A DNA stretch of 64,000 bases from an uncultured Candidatus Saccharibacteria bacterium (lineage in GTDB: Bacteria > Patescibacteriota > Minisyncoccia > Phycocordibacterales > UBA9973). A program made the translations under genes and the position numbers. The number at the start of each line of letters is the position of its first letter. The stretch's first letter is position 1. Below are positions 27,827 through 37,345 of this stretch, in pieces. The notes under the pieces are model-generated. The model saw nothing but the letters and a program-made list of their open reading frames with translations. It made no database searches and was not told the origin of the DNA. The stretch covers positions 8,894 through 72,893 of the forward strand of contig CAYOLW010000004.1 in the NCBI GenBank assembly GCA_964404925.1, read 5' to 3'.

Positions 27827-28849
27827 ATGAAGGACTTTTTGAACAAATTTAGAAATCATTTCATACCTCATAAAGATAATAACTATGAGCCGCACTTGAT
27901 GCGTAAGCGTACTGTACGACTTATTGCAAGTGTTTTAATAATCTTTGAATTAGTTTTTATCATTGAAACTCTGGTTATCTTCGACAAGACTCAGTTTTTG
28001 GCTGCAGTATTGCCAGGAGTACTCACAAGCGAAACTAATAAAGAAAGAGCTTTAAACAAACTAGAGCCTCTGACAGTAAACCCGGTTTTGGTAGAAGCTG
28101 CTCAGTTGAAGGCTAATGACATGGCTTCTAGGGGGTACTTTGCCCATAACACACCTGATGGTAAGACACCTTGGTATTGGCTAGATCAGGTAGGGTACAC
28201 ATACTCCTATGCAGGAGAAAATCTAGCTGTTAACTTTACAGAATCAAGTGAAGTAACATCAGGTTGGATGAATTCACCAACCCACAGAGCTAATATAGTG
28301 AAGCCAGGCTATACCGAAGTAGGTATTGCTGTTGCCCGAGGTATTTATAAGGGCCAAGAAAGCACCTATGTTGTACAATTTTTTGGTACACCCGTAAAAA
28401 CTATTCCAACAATAAATGACATTTTGCCTAAAATTGAGAAGAAGGTTTCAGTGAGCACAACTACAAAAAAACCTGAACTAGTAAAAGCACCGGTTATTAA
28501 AGTAAAAGAACCAGTGAATACAGCCACAAAAAATGTTGTGAAAGGTGATAAAGTTGAACCAGAAAAAACCATAAAGAAAACAACAGTAGTTCTCGGAGAA
28601 GAAGTTGAAAAAATATTAGCTACACCAGGCCGCTCAGTAAACAAAGTTTACGTGACTATTGCAGGATTCTTTTCTTTGTTAGTTTTACTGGCCTTTATGT
28701 TTGGCAATACTAATGCTAGAGCAATATTAAGGAGCGTATTCTTAATAGCTGTAATTGCATCACTATTTTATATAAATCAAAAGGTTTTCCCAGTAGATAC
28801 TATTATTCCACAAGGTGGAAACAATAGTGTTTCTGCAAGCAATAGCTAA
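27827..28849 (+). CDS. CAP (SCP/YkwD) domain membrane protein
   Basis: KANDM..GYFAH, AGENLA, WMNSPTHRANI. Confidence 0.9.
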   Translation: MKDFLNKFRNHFIPHKDNNYEPHLMRKRTVRLIASVLIIFELVFIIETLVIFDKTQFLAAVLPGVLTSETNKERALNKLEPLTVNPVLVEAAQLKANDMASRGYFAHNTPDGKTPWYWLDQVGYTYSYAGENLAVNFTESSEVTSGWMNSPTHRANIVKPGYTEVGIAVARGIYKGQESTYVVQFFGTPVKTIPTINDILPKIEKKVSVSTTTKKPELVKAPVIKVKEPVNTATKNVVKGDKVEPEKTIKKTTVVLGEEVEKILATPGRSVNKVYVTIAGFFSLLVLLAFMFGNTNARAILRSVFLIAVIASLFYINQKVFPVDTIIPQGGNNSVSASNS

Positions 28850-28889
28850 AATTTGTCTTGTATTGAATAAGTTTGCTATAATACACCTC

Positions 28890-29174
28890 ATGTATAAGGC
28901 AAAGTTGTTTTTGTTTTTCGGAATCTGGGTAGCAATACTACCATATTTAGGTCTGCCAATTATGTTGAAGAACATACTTTTTTCTGTAACCGGATTATTT
29001 TTAATTTATATTGGACTAGTCATCAGATCAAAAACCCCAAAGAATTTATCTGGCAATCAATTTGATAATTTTTCTGAAAATAATTGGAATTCAAACAAGA
29101 AAAATAAAGTCACAGACAAGGTTGTCCAAGAAGTATTTATTGAGACACGAGAATTAGTTGAAGAACAACAATAA
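28890..29174 (+). CDS. Small membrane protein
   Basis: GIWVAILPYLGLP, two TMs; start set at ATG 28890 after TATAAT. Confidence 0.7.
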   Translation: MYKAKLFLFFGIWVAILPYLGLPIMLKNILFSVTGLFLIYIGLVIRSKTPKNLSGNQFDNFSENNWNSNKKNKVTDKVVQEVFIETRELVEEQQ

Positions 29175-29180
29175 AAATAT

Positions 29181-30404
29181 ATGCAAAATCCTTTTCAAGA
29201 AAAAAAATGGGTGGTAGGTGGAGTAGTCGTATTGATTTTTCTATTTTTTGTTTTTGGAACTTATATAGGTAGCAGATATTCAGCACAGGTTGAAAAATTT
29301 GTTCCATTGTCCACTCTTAGTTCTGACGCTAAAACAGATGTAGATTTCTCTTCGTTCTGGAAAGTTTGGAATGCCATCGACGAGAAATACCCAGGAGCTT
29401 CTGAAATATCAGACCAAGAGAGAGTTTATGGTGCGATTAAAGGACTTGTAGGTTCAATCAAAGACCCATACAGTACTTTCTTTGACCCATACGAAACTGA
29501 GATATTTGAAGATGATATTGCTGGTAATTTCAGTGGTGTCGGTATGGAAGTTGGAATCAAAGACGGAATACTGACCGTTATTGCGCCACTAAAAGATACT
29601 CCCGCATATAAAGCAGGCATAAAATCTGGAGACAAAATATTGAAAATTGATAGTGAAATCACCAGTGACATGACCATCGATGAAGCGATTAAAAAAATCA
29701 GAGGTGAGAAAGGAACCGTTGTAACATTAACAATATTTAACGAGAATTCAGTAGAGCCAGAGGAAATAAAAATAACTCGAGATACAATTAATGTACCTAC
29801 CTTAGATACAGAATTGCGCAAAGATGGCATTTTCGTGATTAAACTCTATAGTTTCTCTGCTAATTCTGCTAATTTATTCCGTGAAGCAATTAAAGAATTC
29901 GTTGATTCCAAGAGTGATAAATTACTACTTGATTTACGAGGTAATCCGGGTGGATATCTAGACTCTGCTGTTGATATGGCGTCTTGGTTTTTGGATAACG
30001 GCAAGGCTGTGGTGATAGAAGATTATGGAGAGAATTCAGAGCAGCATAAATTTAGAAGTAGCGGATACGATATTTTTAATGAAAACCTAAAATTCGTTAT
30101 ATTGGTTGACGGTGGTTCAGCTTCGGCTTCAGAGATATTGGCGGGTGCAATGCAGGACTATAAGAAGGCCAAGGTAGTTGGTACTAAAACATACGGCAAA
30201 GGATCTGTTCAGGAAGTGTTAGATGTGACCAATGATACTATTTTTAAAGTGACTGTGGCTAAATGGCTCACCCCTAATGGTAACTCAATTTCAGAAAAAG
30301 GCCTGACCCCAGACTATGAGGTTAAACTAACCGCAGAAGACGTTAAGAACAAAAACGACAAGCAACTGGACAAAGCTGTAGAACTTCTGCTAAATTGGAA
30401 ATAA
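29181..30404 (+). CDS. ctpA: C-terminal processing protease (S41)
   Basis: DPYS, PDZ, DLRGNPGG, SASASEI, GKGSVQ. Confidence 0.94.
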   Translation: MQNPFQEKKWVVGGVVVLIFLFFVFGTYIGSRYSAQVEKFVPLSTLSSDAKTDVDFSSFWKVWNAIDEKYPGASEISDQERVYGAIKGLVGSIKDPYSTFFDPYETEIFEDDIAGNFSGVGMEVGIKDGILTVIAPLKDTPAYKAGIKSGDKILKIDSEITSDMTIDEAIKKIRGEKGTVVTLTIFNENSVEPEEIKITRDTINVPTLDTELRKDGIFVIKLYSFSANSANLFREAIKEFVDSKSDKLLLDLRGNPGGYLDSAVDMASWFLDNGKAVVIEDYGENSEQHKFRSSGYDIFNENLKFVILVDGGSASASEILAGAMQDYKKAKVVGTKTYGKGSVQEVLDVTNDTIFKVTVAKWLTPNGNSISEKGLTPDYEVKLTAEDVKNKNDKQLDKAVELLLNWK

Positions 30405-30405
30405 T

Positions 30406-30849
30406 ATGAAGGTTATATTTTTAAAGGATGTGCCACGCGTGGGCAAACGACACGAAATTAAAGACGTAAATGACGGCTATGCTTTAAACTTCCTATTGCC
30501 TCGCAAACTGGTAGACATAGCTACACCAAAGGCCGTAGCAGAGCTTGAGACTAGAAAAAAAGAATTAATTGTTGAGAAAAAGGTGCAAGAAGATCTACTC
30601 AATAGAAACCTGGAAGAATTGAAAGGGAAGACCATTCACATGAAGGTTAAAGCCAACGACAAAGGAAGTCTATTCTCAGCTATACACAAAAAAGAAATCC
30701 TAGAAGCCATGCAGCGCGAGCACAAGGCTACCCTGTCAGCGGAATCAGTACTAATTGATAAACCCATAAAAGAAGTAGGAGAATTCGATGTCCCTGTTGA
30801 GGTAAATAAAAAGAAATCCTCTTTTAAGTTAATAATTGAGGCGCTATAG
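30406..30849 (+). CDS. rplI: 50S ribosomal protein L9
   Basis: MKVIFLKDV..G....V.DGYALNFLLP. Confidence 0.95.
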   Translation: MKVIFLKDVPRVGKRHEIKDVNDGYALNFLLPRKLVDIATPKAVAELETRKKELIVEKKVQEDLLNRNLEELKGKTIHMKVKANDKGSLFSAIHKKEILEAMQREHKATLSAESVLIDKPIKEVGEFDVPVEVNKKKSSFKLIIEAL

Positions 30850-30904
30850 ATTATTCTGTAACTGGTTGCGCATAAAAATAAAAACAAGGAAATCACTTAA
30901 AACA

Positions 30905-30936
30905 AAAAAAATCCCCGTTAAGGGGACTTTTATTTT
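30905..30936. terminator. Bidirectional terminator between rplI and rpmA
   Basis: A-tract-TCCCC-GTTAA-GGGGA-T-tract. Confidence 0.75.
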
Positions 30937-30946
30937 TAACAATAAG

Positions 30947-30967
30947 CCTGCCTGCCAGTAGGCAAGG
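30947..30967. repeat. Short GC-rich palindromic element (CCTGCCTGCC..GGCAGG type)
   Basis: CCTGCCTGCCAGTAGGCAAGG immediately after the rpmA stop. Confidence 0.55.
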
Positions 30968-30970
30968 AAT

Positions 30971-31246
30971 TTATGCTTTAACGTTTACTACTTTGTTTAC
31001 CTTGTTTCGTCCGTTGAATGAAGTCTTGCGTCTTGAGCCGAATTTAACAGTACCAGATTTAAGCGCAAAGAGCGTGTGGTCCTTACCCATAGCTACATTT
31101 TCTCCAGCTAGTATCTTGGTACCACGTTGTCGAACGATTATAGATCCAGGCTGAGCTTTCTGGCCGTCAGCAAGTTTAGTACCTAGGTACTTTGGATTCG
31201 AGTCTCTTAAGTTTTTGGCGGTTCCGCCGGCTTTACGTGTTGCCAT
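30971..31246 (-). CDS. rpmA: 50S ribosomal protein L27
   Basis: [25 protein letters not shown]. Confidence 0.97.
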   Translation of the reverse strand: MATRKAGGTAKNLRDSNPKYLGTKLADGQKAQPGSIIVRQRGTKILAGENVAMGKDHTLFALKSGTVKFGSRRKTSFNGRNKVNKVVNVKA

Positions 31247-31294
31247 GTGTATTTATTGATATAATTAATTAGTGGGTAAAGTATACCCGAATAT

Positions 31295-31678
31295 ATGGAA
31301 AAAATCAAGCAATTCATACAAAGTGACACCGGCAAAGACATTCTAATAATATTAATAGTTATATTGGTTGGGCTGGCAGCTTTTATATTGGGCCGCATAT
31401 CAGCGCAGAATACTGGAATAAACATACAGTATAATAATATACCTGCTTCTGCGGCCGCAGGAGGCCAAGAGGCGAGTAGGTTCCTAGAAATGAACCCAAG
31501 CCTCAATCGAACTACCAGTACCGCAGACAAGGCCTTTTTTGCCTCTAAAAAGGGTCAGAAATATTATCCGCTAGATTGCGGCGCTGGAAAGAATATTAAG
31601 CCAGAAAATAGGATTTATTTTAAAGATAATAATTCCGCAGAATCTGCTGGGTACGAACTATCGACGGCCTGTGATTAG
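31295..31678 (+). CDS. Membrane-anchored protein with Ada-like metal-binding C-terminal domain
   Basis: TM then ASKKGQKYY..C....I...N.IYF...AE..GY. Confidence 0.7.
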   Translation: MEKIKQFIQSDTGKDILIILIVILVGLAAFILGRISAQNTGINIQYNNIPASAAAGGQEASRFLEMNPSLNRTTSTADKAFFASKKGQKYYPLDCGAGKNIKPENRIYFKDNNSAESAGYELSTACD

Positions 31679-31813
31679 GGTAGAAGTATTAATTAATATA
31701 TTAAAATAATAATACAGGGCCTTGTGAGCCCTGCATCTTTATAAAGATATACGTCGCACAATATATCTTGGTACAACACCAATTAGGCTGGGGTCATAAT
31801 ATATAAGGTCTAA

Positions 31814-31963
31814 TTACCAAACGCTCCAGAATAGGTTTTGTAGCCAATTCCAGATACCAGTAAACGTTAGTCCGTAATATTTCATTACTAATAAAACAAT
31901 TACGATAACTACGATTAGTTCCAGAAATCCCCCTTGCTGATTTTTAAAATTTTTATTAATCAT
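31814..31963 (-). CDS. Small pilin-like peptide (49 aa)
   Basis: Hand translation MINKNFKNQQGGFLELIVVIVIVLLVMKYYGLTFTGIWNWLQNLFWSVW*. Confidence 0.65.
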   Translation of the reverse strand: MINKNFKNQQGGFLELIVVIVIVLLVMKYYGLTFTGIWNWLQNLFWSVW

Positions 31964-31978
31964 ATTCATAATATTAAG

Positions 31979-33280
31979 CTAATTTTTATATGGTGGCAAA
32001 TACAACATTGGGTCCAAGTATGCATTTGTAGCGGCCAAGGGTTGGGTCAAGGTCTTACCCGAGCATGACTTGCTAGGAAAAGTTTTAACTTCGGCTGCGT
32101 GTGGAGCGTATATTGTTAAGTGTAAGTGTGGACCCGTTACGTGACCTGTGGCACCAGAATACGCAATAATCTGACCTCTTGATACACGATCACCAACAGA
32201 AACCTTAGATAAAGATAAGTGCCCATAGGTACTAGCCAACCCATTGTTGTGTTCAATAAAAACCCATTTACCGAACGATGCTCCAGGACAAGTCTGATCT
32301 GTGTCACCAACACCAGATACCACTCCATCAGCAACAGATTTAATTGGTGTACCCACAGAAGCTCTAAAGTCGACACCGCTATGACTACCTGAAGCATATA
32401 AACGTTTGGCATCTACAGTTTTACCAAAGAGTTGAGTTATGTATACATCATCAACCGGCCAAGACAACACTCCAGGGCCCGGTAAACTTTTTGGATCTAG
32501 GATAAATTTTATTTTAGATTCATAGTTTCGTATATCTGCTTCTAATGCATTTTTTTTGGCGATCTGGTCTTTGACCAGTTTTTGATAATTAGCCTCATTA
32601 TTTTTTGTTTTCTTTAGCAAATCATTTTTTTCTTTGGTGTTTTGTTCAACTATTTTTTTCTGGTCAGCTAATTCATTTTTAAGTTCACTCAATTCATTTC
32701 TGGCTATGGTCGCTGCGTCTCTTGAACCTACTAACTCGTTTTTTACCAACTTCAACTTCCCTATTTGGTTTATGATTTTTTCTCTAACAGAAGTTATGTT
32801 GTCTATGTCGTTCCAGATAGAAGTAAAATCCGTGTGGTTGATAATAGTACTAACCAATACTCCATCCGAATCCAGTTCATTTATTGAACGCAAGCTAATT
32901 GCAACCGCTTCCTTGTTGTTTAAAATAGATTTTTCTTTCTTGCCTATATCAACATTCAGATTAGAGATCTGAAAATTTGTCTTCTCTATTTTCTTTTGGG
33001 TCAGGTTAATATCAGCTGCAAGTTTCTTGCGGTTAATATCAAGCTGTTTTAGTTGATTTGCTAGGGTGTCTTTTTGTGCGCCAATACTGCTTAGTTCTTT
33101 TTGGTAAGCTTTGATTTCTTGTTCAATTTTGCTTATTTCGGAGCTATTCTGATCTATCTTTTGCTGTAATTCATCCAACGTTTGAGCTTGAACATAAAAA
33201 GCTACAAGCAAAAATACGCCCAAGAATGCAGCCTTGGCGAATTTATGCAATTGCTTTTTGTAATCTGCGGATTGTTTCAT
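31979..33280 (-). CDS. Coiled-coil M23 peptidoglycan endopeptidase
   Basis: Signal peptide, long coiled coil, HSGVD, YGHLS, GPHLH. Confidence 0.92.
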   Translation of the reverse strand: MKQSADYKKQLHKFAKAAFLGVFLLVAFYVQAQTLDELQQKIDQNSSEISKIEQEIKAYQKELSSIGAQKDTLANQLKQLDINRKKLAADINLTQKKIEKTNFQISNLNVDIGKKEKSILNNKEAVAISLRSINELDSDGVLVSTIINHTDFTSIWNDIDNITSVREKIINQIGKLKLVKNELVGSRDAATIARNELSELKNELADQKKIVEQNTKEKNDLLKKTKNNEANYQKLVKDQIAKKNALEADIRNYESKIKFILDPKSLPGPGVLSWPVDDVYITQLFGKTVDAKRLYASGSHSGVDFRASVGTPIKSVADGVVSGVGDTDQTCPGASFGKWVFIEHNNGLASTYGHLSLSKVSVGDRVSRGQIIAYSGATGHVTGPHLHLTIYAPHAAEVKTFPSKSCSGKTLTQPLAATNAYLDPMLYLPPYKN

Positions 33281-34706
33281 CTTTGCCTAAAACTGCAGCA
33301 ATAATAAATGGGTCTGGTGATCGATCTTGTCCCGAAAGCGCAAAACGAATCGGGTGCAGACATTCTCCACGTGAAGGCAAAGTATCAGCATATTCCATTA
33401 ATTTTTCTTTCACTACAACATAGATAAAATTATTGCTATCTACCGAACTTAGAATTTTAATAGATTCAGTCAGGTTAGCAATTATCTGCTTTGCGTCTGT
33501 GTTTTTGAAAAGTAACTTTTCTTTGTCATATACAGGTTCCTTAAGAACAAAATCAAATTCCCCTGCCCTTGACAACTCGGCAACTTGTATGCCTTTTGAA
33601 ATACGTTCCGAAACCATAAGTGCCAGCCTTTTTAATCTATCAATTGGCAAATTTTTAAATTGATCGGGTAAATATTCAATAACAAAATATTCCAAATTTT
33701 GATGGGAAAGTTTCTTTAAATGTTCTTTATTCACCCAATCAAGCTTCTGTTCATTCCACTGAGAACCAGATTGTCCAATTCTTGCTATATCAAAAGCATT
33801 AACTAATTCTTCACGAGTAAATATTTCTTGTTCTGTACCATCTGCGTGGGCCTTAGGATGCCATCCCTGCAAAGCCAAGTAGTTAATCATACCTTCAGGC
33901 ACATAACCTTCTTTTTCATAATCCAATAAATCCTTGGCACCATCACGTTTACTCAATTTCTTTTTACCATCTGGGCCCAGTATGGTTGGCAAGGTGGCAA
34001 AAACTGGTGGTGTGTATCCTAAAGCTTCATACAAAGCTAGGAATTTTGGTGTTGAAGAAATAAATTCTTGACCACGCATTATATGGGTCACTTTCATTTC
34101 TATATCATCTACAATGTGAGCAAAGTTATAAGTAGGATAACCATCACTTTTTATGATAATAAAATCATCCAATGCCTCAGGACCAGCTGAAAGGTCACCA
34201 AAAACAACATCATGCCAATGAGATGTTTTGATTTCAGGTATTCTAAAACGAAGAGGTTTCTTGCCATCCCATGCTTCAATACTTTCTTTACGATATTCTC
34301 TATATAAAAATGGACGCTTCTCTGCTTCTGCTTTTTGTCTCAATATTTCAACTTCGTCTTCAGTAAACGGATCTGGGTAAGCAAAACCTGATTCGATTAG
34401 TTTGAGCGCATACTTTTTATAGATATCAAGCCTTTCTGATTGTATATATGATCCATCTGGGCCACCAATGTCTGGACCGTAATCCCAATTAAGCCCCAAC
34501 CATTTTAGAGATTTTTGAATATGTTCTATCGAACCAGCAACTTCCCTTTCTTTATCAGTGTCTTCAATACGAAGTATAAATTTACCATTATTTTTCCTAG
34601 CCCAAAGCCAAGAAAATAATGCAGTTCGCACACCCCCGACGTGCATGAATCCGGTTGGGCTTGGGGCAAAACGAGTAATTACTTCTTTTTTATCTCCTTG
34701 TTCCAT
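33243..34706 (-). CDS. gltX: Glutamyl-tRNA synthetase
   Basis: RFAPSPTG, HVGG, RIEDTD, KLSKR. Confidence 0.97.
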   Translation of the reverse strand: MEQGDKKEVITRFAPSPTGFMHVGGVRTALFSWLWARKNNGKFILRIEDTDKEREVAGSIEHIQKSLKWLGLNWDYGPDIGGPDGSYIQSERLDIYKKYALKLIESGFAYPDPFTEDEVEILRQKAEAEKRPFLYREYRKESIEAWDGKKPLRFRIPEIKTSHWHDVVFGDLSAGPEALDDFIIIKSDGYPTYNFAHIVDDIEMKVTHIMRGQEFISSTPKFLALYEALGYTPPVFATLPTILGPDGKKKLSKRDGAKDLLDYEKEGYVPEGMINYLALQGWHPKAHADGTEQEIFTREELVNAFDIARIGQSGSQWNEQKLDWVNKEHLKKLSHQNLEYFVIEYLPDQFKNLPIDRLKRLALMVSERISKGIQVAELSRAGEFDFVLKEPVYDKEKLLFKNTDAKQIIANLTESIKILSSVDSNNFIYVVVKEKLMEYADTLPSRGECLHPIRFALSGQDRSPDPFIIAAVLGKDETIRRLQKAIA

Positions 34707-34742
34707 AAGGAGAATTTTAGCATGCTTTTAGAAAAATATGAA

Positions 34743-35078
34743 TTAGCGAACTTTACTACCAGGAGGTACTGCTTTACTAGGCGCTAGTATTACAGCATTG
34801 TCATCTAAATCAGATGCAGCCAAAATCATTCCGTTTGAAATTTCTCCTCGCATTGTACGTGGCTCTAGATTTAAGATAACTGGAATTTGTTTACCAACAA
34901 GTACACTTGGGTCTGGGTACACAGCAGCAATACCTGATAATACCTGACGTTCTTCGCCGCCGCCGATATCAAAAATAAGTTTCAGTAATTTATCTGAGTT
35001 CTCTAATTTATCTGCCTTGAGCACTGTACAAATGCGTATATCAATTTTAGCAAAATCATCAATGGTTATTTTTTCCAT
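34743..35078 (-). CDS. Stand-alone tRNA-binding OB domain (MetG C-terminal/Trbp111-like)
   Basis: DDFAKIDIR, SDKLLKL, NLEPRTMRGEISNGMILA. Confidence 0.88.
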   Translation of the reverse strand: MEKITIDDFAKIDIRICTVLKADKLENSDKLLKLIFDIGGGEERQVLSGIAAVYPDPSVLVGKQIPVILNLEPRTMRGEISNGMILAASDLDDNAVILAPSKAVPPGSKVR

Positions 35079-35096
35079 ATTTGGTATAAGTAATTT

Positions 35097-36239
35097 TTAA
35101 TTCTCGTGAGAGAGTGCTATATCAACGATAACTCGAGCTATTTTAGCGGCAGCGTTGGGGTGATAGAAAGCCTTAGCGGACTTTGCCATATATTGCCAGG
35201 TTTCTTTGTCGCGCATAATTCTTTCAATTTCAGCTATTAGAATATTGGCTGTTAGATTTTCTTCTTCTACTACACTCGCCGCACCAGCTCGAGCATAGGC
35301 AAAAGCATTTTTCTTGGCATGAATAGCTAGTGAACCTACTTTCTCTGGTGAGAAAGGAATAATTATAGACGGTATACCCCAAGCCGCAATTTCAAATATA
35401 GTTGACCCTGCTCTTGATATGATCAAGTCACAAGCTCCGGCCGCATTTTGCATTTGTAATGCATTTAGATAATCAATCGGCATGTAGCGAGATTTATTTT
35501 TATTTTCTGCCAATATTACATCTGCTCTGCCTTGTACCATTTTAAAGTTTTTTACTCCTGTTTGATGAATTATCTGATACTTTTCGAGTAAACGAGGTAA
35601 TGCATCAACAATAGTATGGTTGATCTGTTCAGCTCCTTGTGAACCTCCTAAAATAAACAGCGTCGGCAATGAAGACTCAAGTTTAAAATATTCTAATGAT
35701 TTATCTTTTGGGGCTGGGGTCTCTATTTCACTCCTGACTGGTTGACCTGTCCAAGCTACTTTGTCTTTAGGGAAAAATTCCGCAGCGTCTGGGTAAGATA
35801 CAGCAATTTTTTTAGCAAATTTACCTGACCATAGATTCATCTTACCAGGTGATGAGTCTGACTCATGGATAACTACCGGAATATTTAGTAACCTAGCAGC
35901 AAAAACTGTGGGAAATGATGCATAGGCGCCCTTACTGAAAACAACATCTGGGTAAATAGAAAAAACTTTAATGATTGCTTTGAAGGTTCCAAAAGCTATT
36001 TTAAAAACATCAATAAAATTCTTGAAAGAAAAATACGTGCGTATCTTGCCTGTATTTATTTCCATGAATTTAAGTCCGTGTTCAAATAAAACTTCTCGAT
36101 CATACGGATTATCGGAAGCATAATACAGCTCCACACCTACGATATTTTCTGCATCGATAATTTTATTCACTTGCTCAGCTACAGCCACAATTGGAGTAAA
36201 GTGACCACCAGTTCCACCACCCGTAAATATTATTTTCAT
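35097..36239 (-). CDS. murG: Lipid II GlcNAc transferase MurG
   Basis: GGGTGGH, HES, GQPVR, GGSQGA, SRAG. Confidence 0.95.
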   Translation of the reverse strand: MKIIFTGGGTGGHFTPIVAVAEQVNKIIDAENIVGVELYYASDNPYDREVLFEHGLKFMEINTGKIRTYFSFKNFIDVFKIAFGTFKAIIKVFSIYPDVVFSKGAYASFPTVFAARLLNIPVVIHESDSSPGKMNLWSGKFAKKIAVSYPDAAEFFPKDKVAWTGQPVRSEIETPAPKDKSLEYFKLESSLPTLFILGGSQGAEQINHTIVDALPRLLEKYQIIHQTGVKNFKMVQGRADVILAENKNKSRYMPIDYLNALQMQNAAGACDLIISRAGSTIFEIAAWGIPSIIIPFSPEKVGSLAIHAKKNAFAYARAGAASVVEEENLTANILIAEIERIMRDKETWQYMAKSAKAFYHPNAAAKIARVIVDIALSHEN

Positions 36240-37345
36240 AGTTTTTTTGTTTGAAATTTTGATATTTGTAGCACAATACCAACAGCAGCCAAATCAATCA
36301 TTAACGAAGTTCCTCCGTGACTCATAAAAACAAGTGGTACTCCTGTCAGTGGGAAAACACCAATAACCGAAGCAATATGTAAAAACGACTGTGCTCCGAT
36401 CAGTATAACAATTCCAAATACTAAAAGTCTACTGAAAGGATCTGGAGAATGGTTCGCTATTGATACACCTTTTAATATAAATGCCAGGTATAAAAGTATA
36501 ATAATAATACTTCCAACAAAGCCAAGTTCCTCCCCCACCACAGCAAAAACCGAGTCTCCTTGGGGTTCAGGTAGGTAGCTGAATTTCTGAATACTTTGTC
36601 CGTAGCCACGACCGAACACTCCACCTGATCCAATGGCAATCATGGACTGTTGTATTTGATACGAGGCACCTCTGGCATCACCAGATGGGTCTATAAAAGT
36701 CTTAACTCTTTTCTGGAGGTATGGGGTTACTGAAACAACAATACCGAGCATTACAACAGCCAACACACCCATGCCTAATATATATTTCATCCGAACCCCT
36801 GAGGCAAAAAGCATACATAACCCCGTTATGCTTATTAGAATAAAGCTTTTAGTGTCAGGTTGTTTCAACAAAACAAAGGCAATTATAGAAAGTAAAATAG
36901 CAAAAGGTAGAATACCGAATTTAAAATCTTCAACTTTATGTTTGGCCCAAGATAACCAAGCTGCAAAATAAATAATGAAACCAAATTTAAGTATCTCAAC
37001 TGGCTGAAACGAAACTGGACCCAAATCAATCCAACGCTGAGCACCGCCATGCGACATCCCTAACCCTGGAATAAAAACAGCTGCCGTCAGCAGAATAGAA
37101 CCTAGCAATATCCAAAAAGCATTTTTACGCCAAAATTTAAAATCTATTTTGTAAGCCAAGTACATCCCTACCATACCCATGCCGAGACCCATCACTAGCT
37201 GACTGATTAAAACATTGTAAAAGGTTTTTTCACTTTTAGGTAATATACCCAAAGTAGCTGAAACAAAAACCGCCACCCCAGTAATAAGTAAAATTAATGT
37301 TAAGACAAGAAAAAATTTATCTACTTTTATTTTTTTTTGGGACAT
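36236..37345 (-). CDS. ftsW: SEDS peptidoglycan glycosyltransferase FtsW
   Basis: GAQRW, FQPVEILK, QPD, LPEPQGD, PLTGVPLVFMSHGG. Confidence 0.93.
   Translation of the reverse strand: MSQKKIKVDKFFLVLTLILLITGVAVFVSATLGILPKSEKTFYNVLISQLVMGLGMGMVGMYLAYKIDFKFWRKNAFWILLGSILLTAAVFIPGLGMSHGGAQRWIDLGPVSFQPVEILKFGFIIYFAAWLSWAKHKVEDFKFGILPFAILLSIIAFVLLKQPDTKSFILISITGLCMLFASGVRMKYILGMGVLAVVMLGIVVSVTPYLQKRVKTFIDPSGDARGASYQIQQSMIAIGSGGVFGRGYGQSIQKFSYLPEPQGDSVFAVVGEELGFVGSIIIILLYLAFILKGVSIANHSPDPFSRLLVFGIVILIGAQSFLHIASVIGVFPLTGVPLVFMSHGGTSLMIDLAAVGIVLQISKFQTKKL

Noticed and set aside
31449-31460. CTGCGGCCGCAG palindrome in a coding region
   Set aside because: Only 12 bp and explicable by Ala codons; no evidence of insertion
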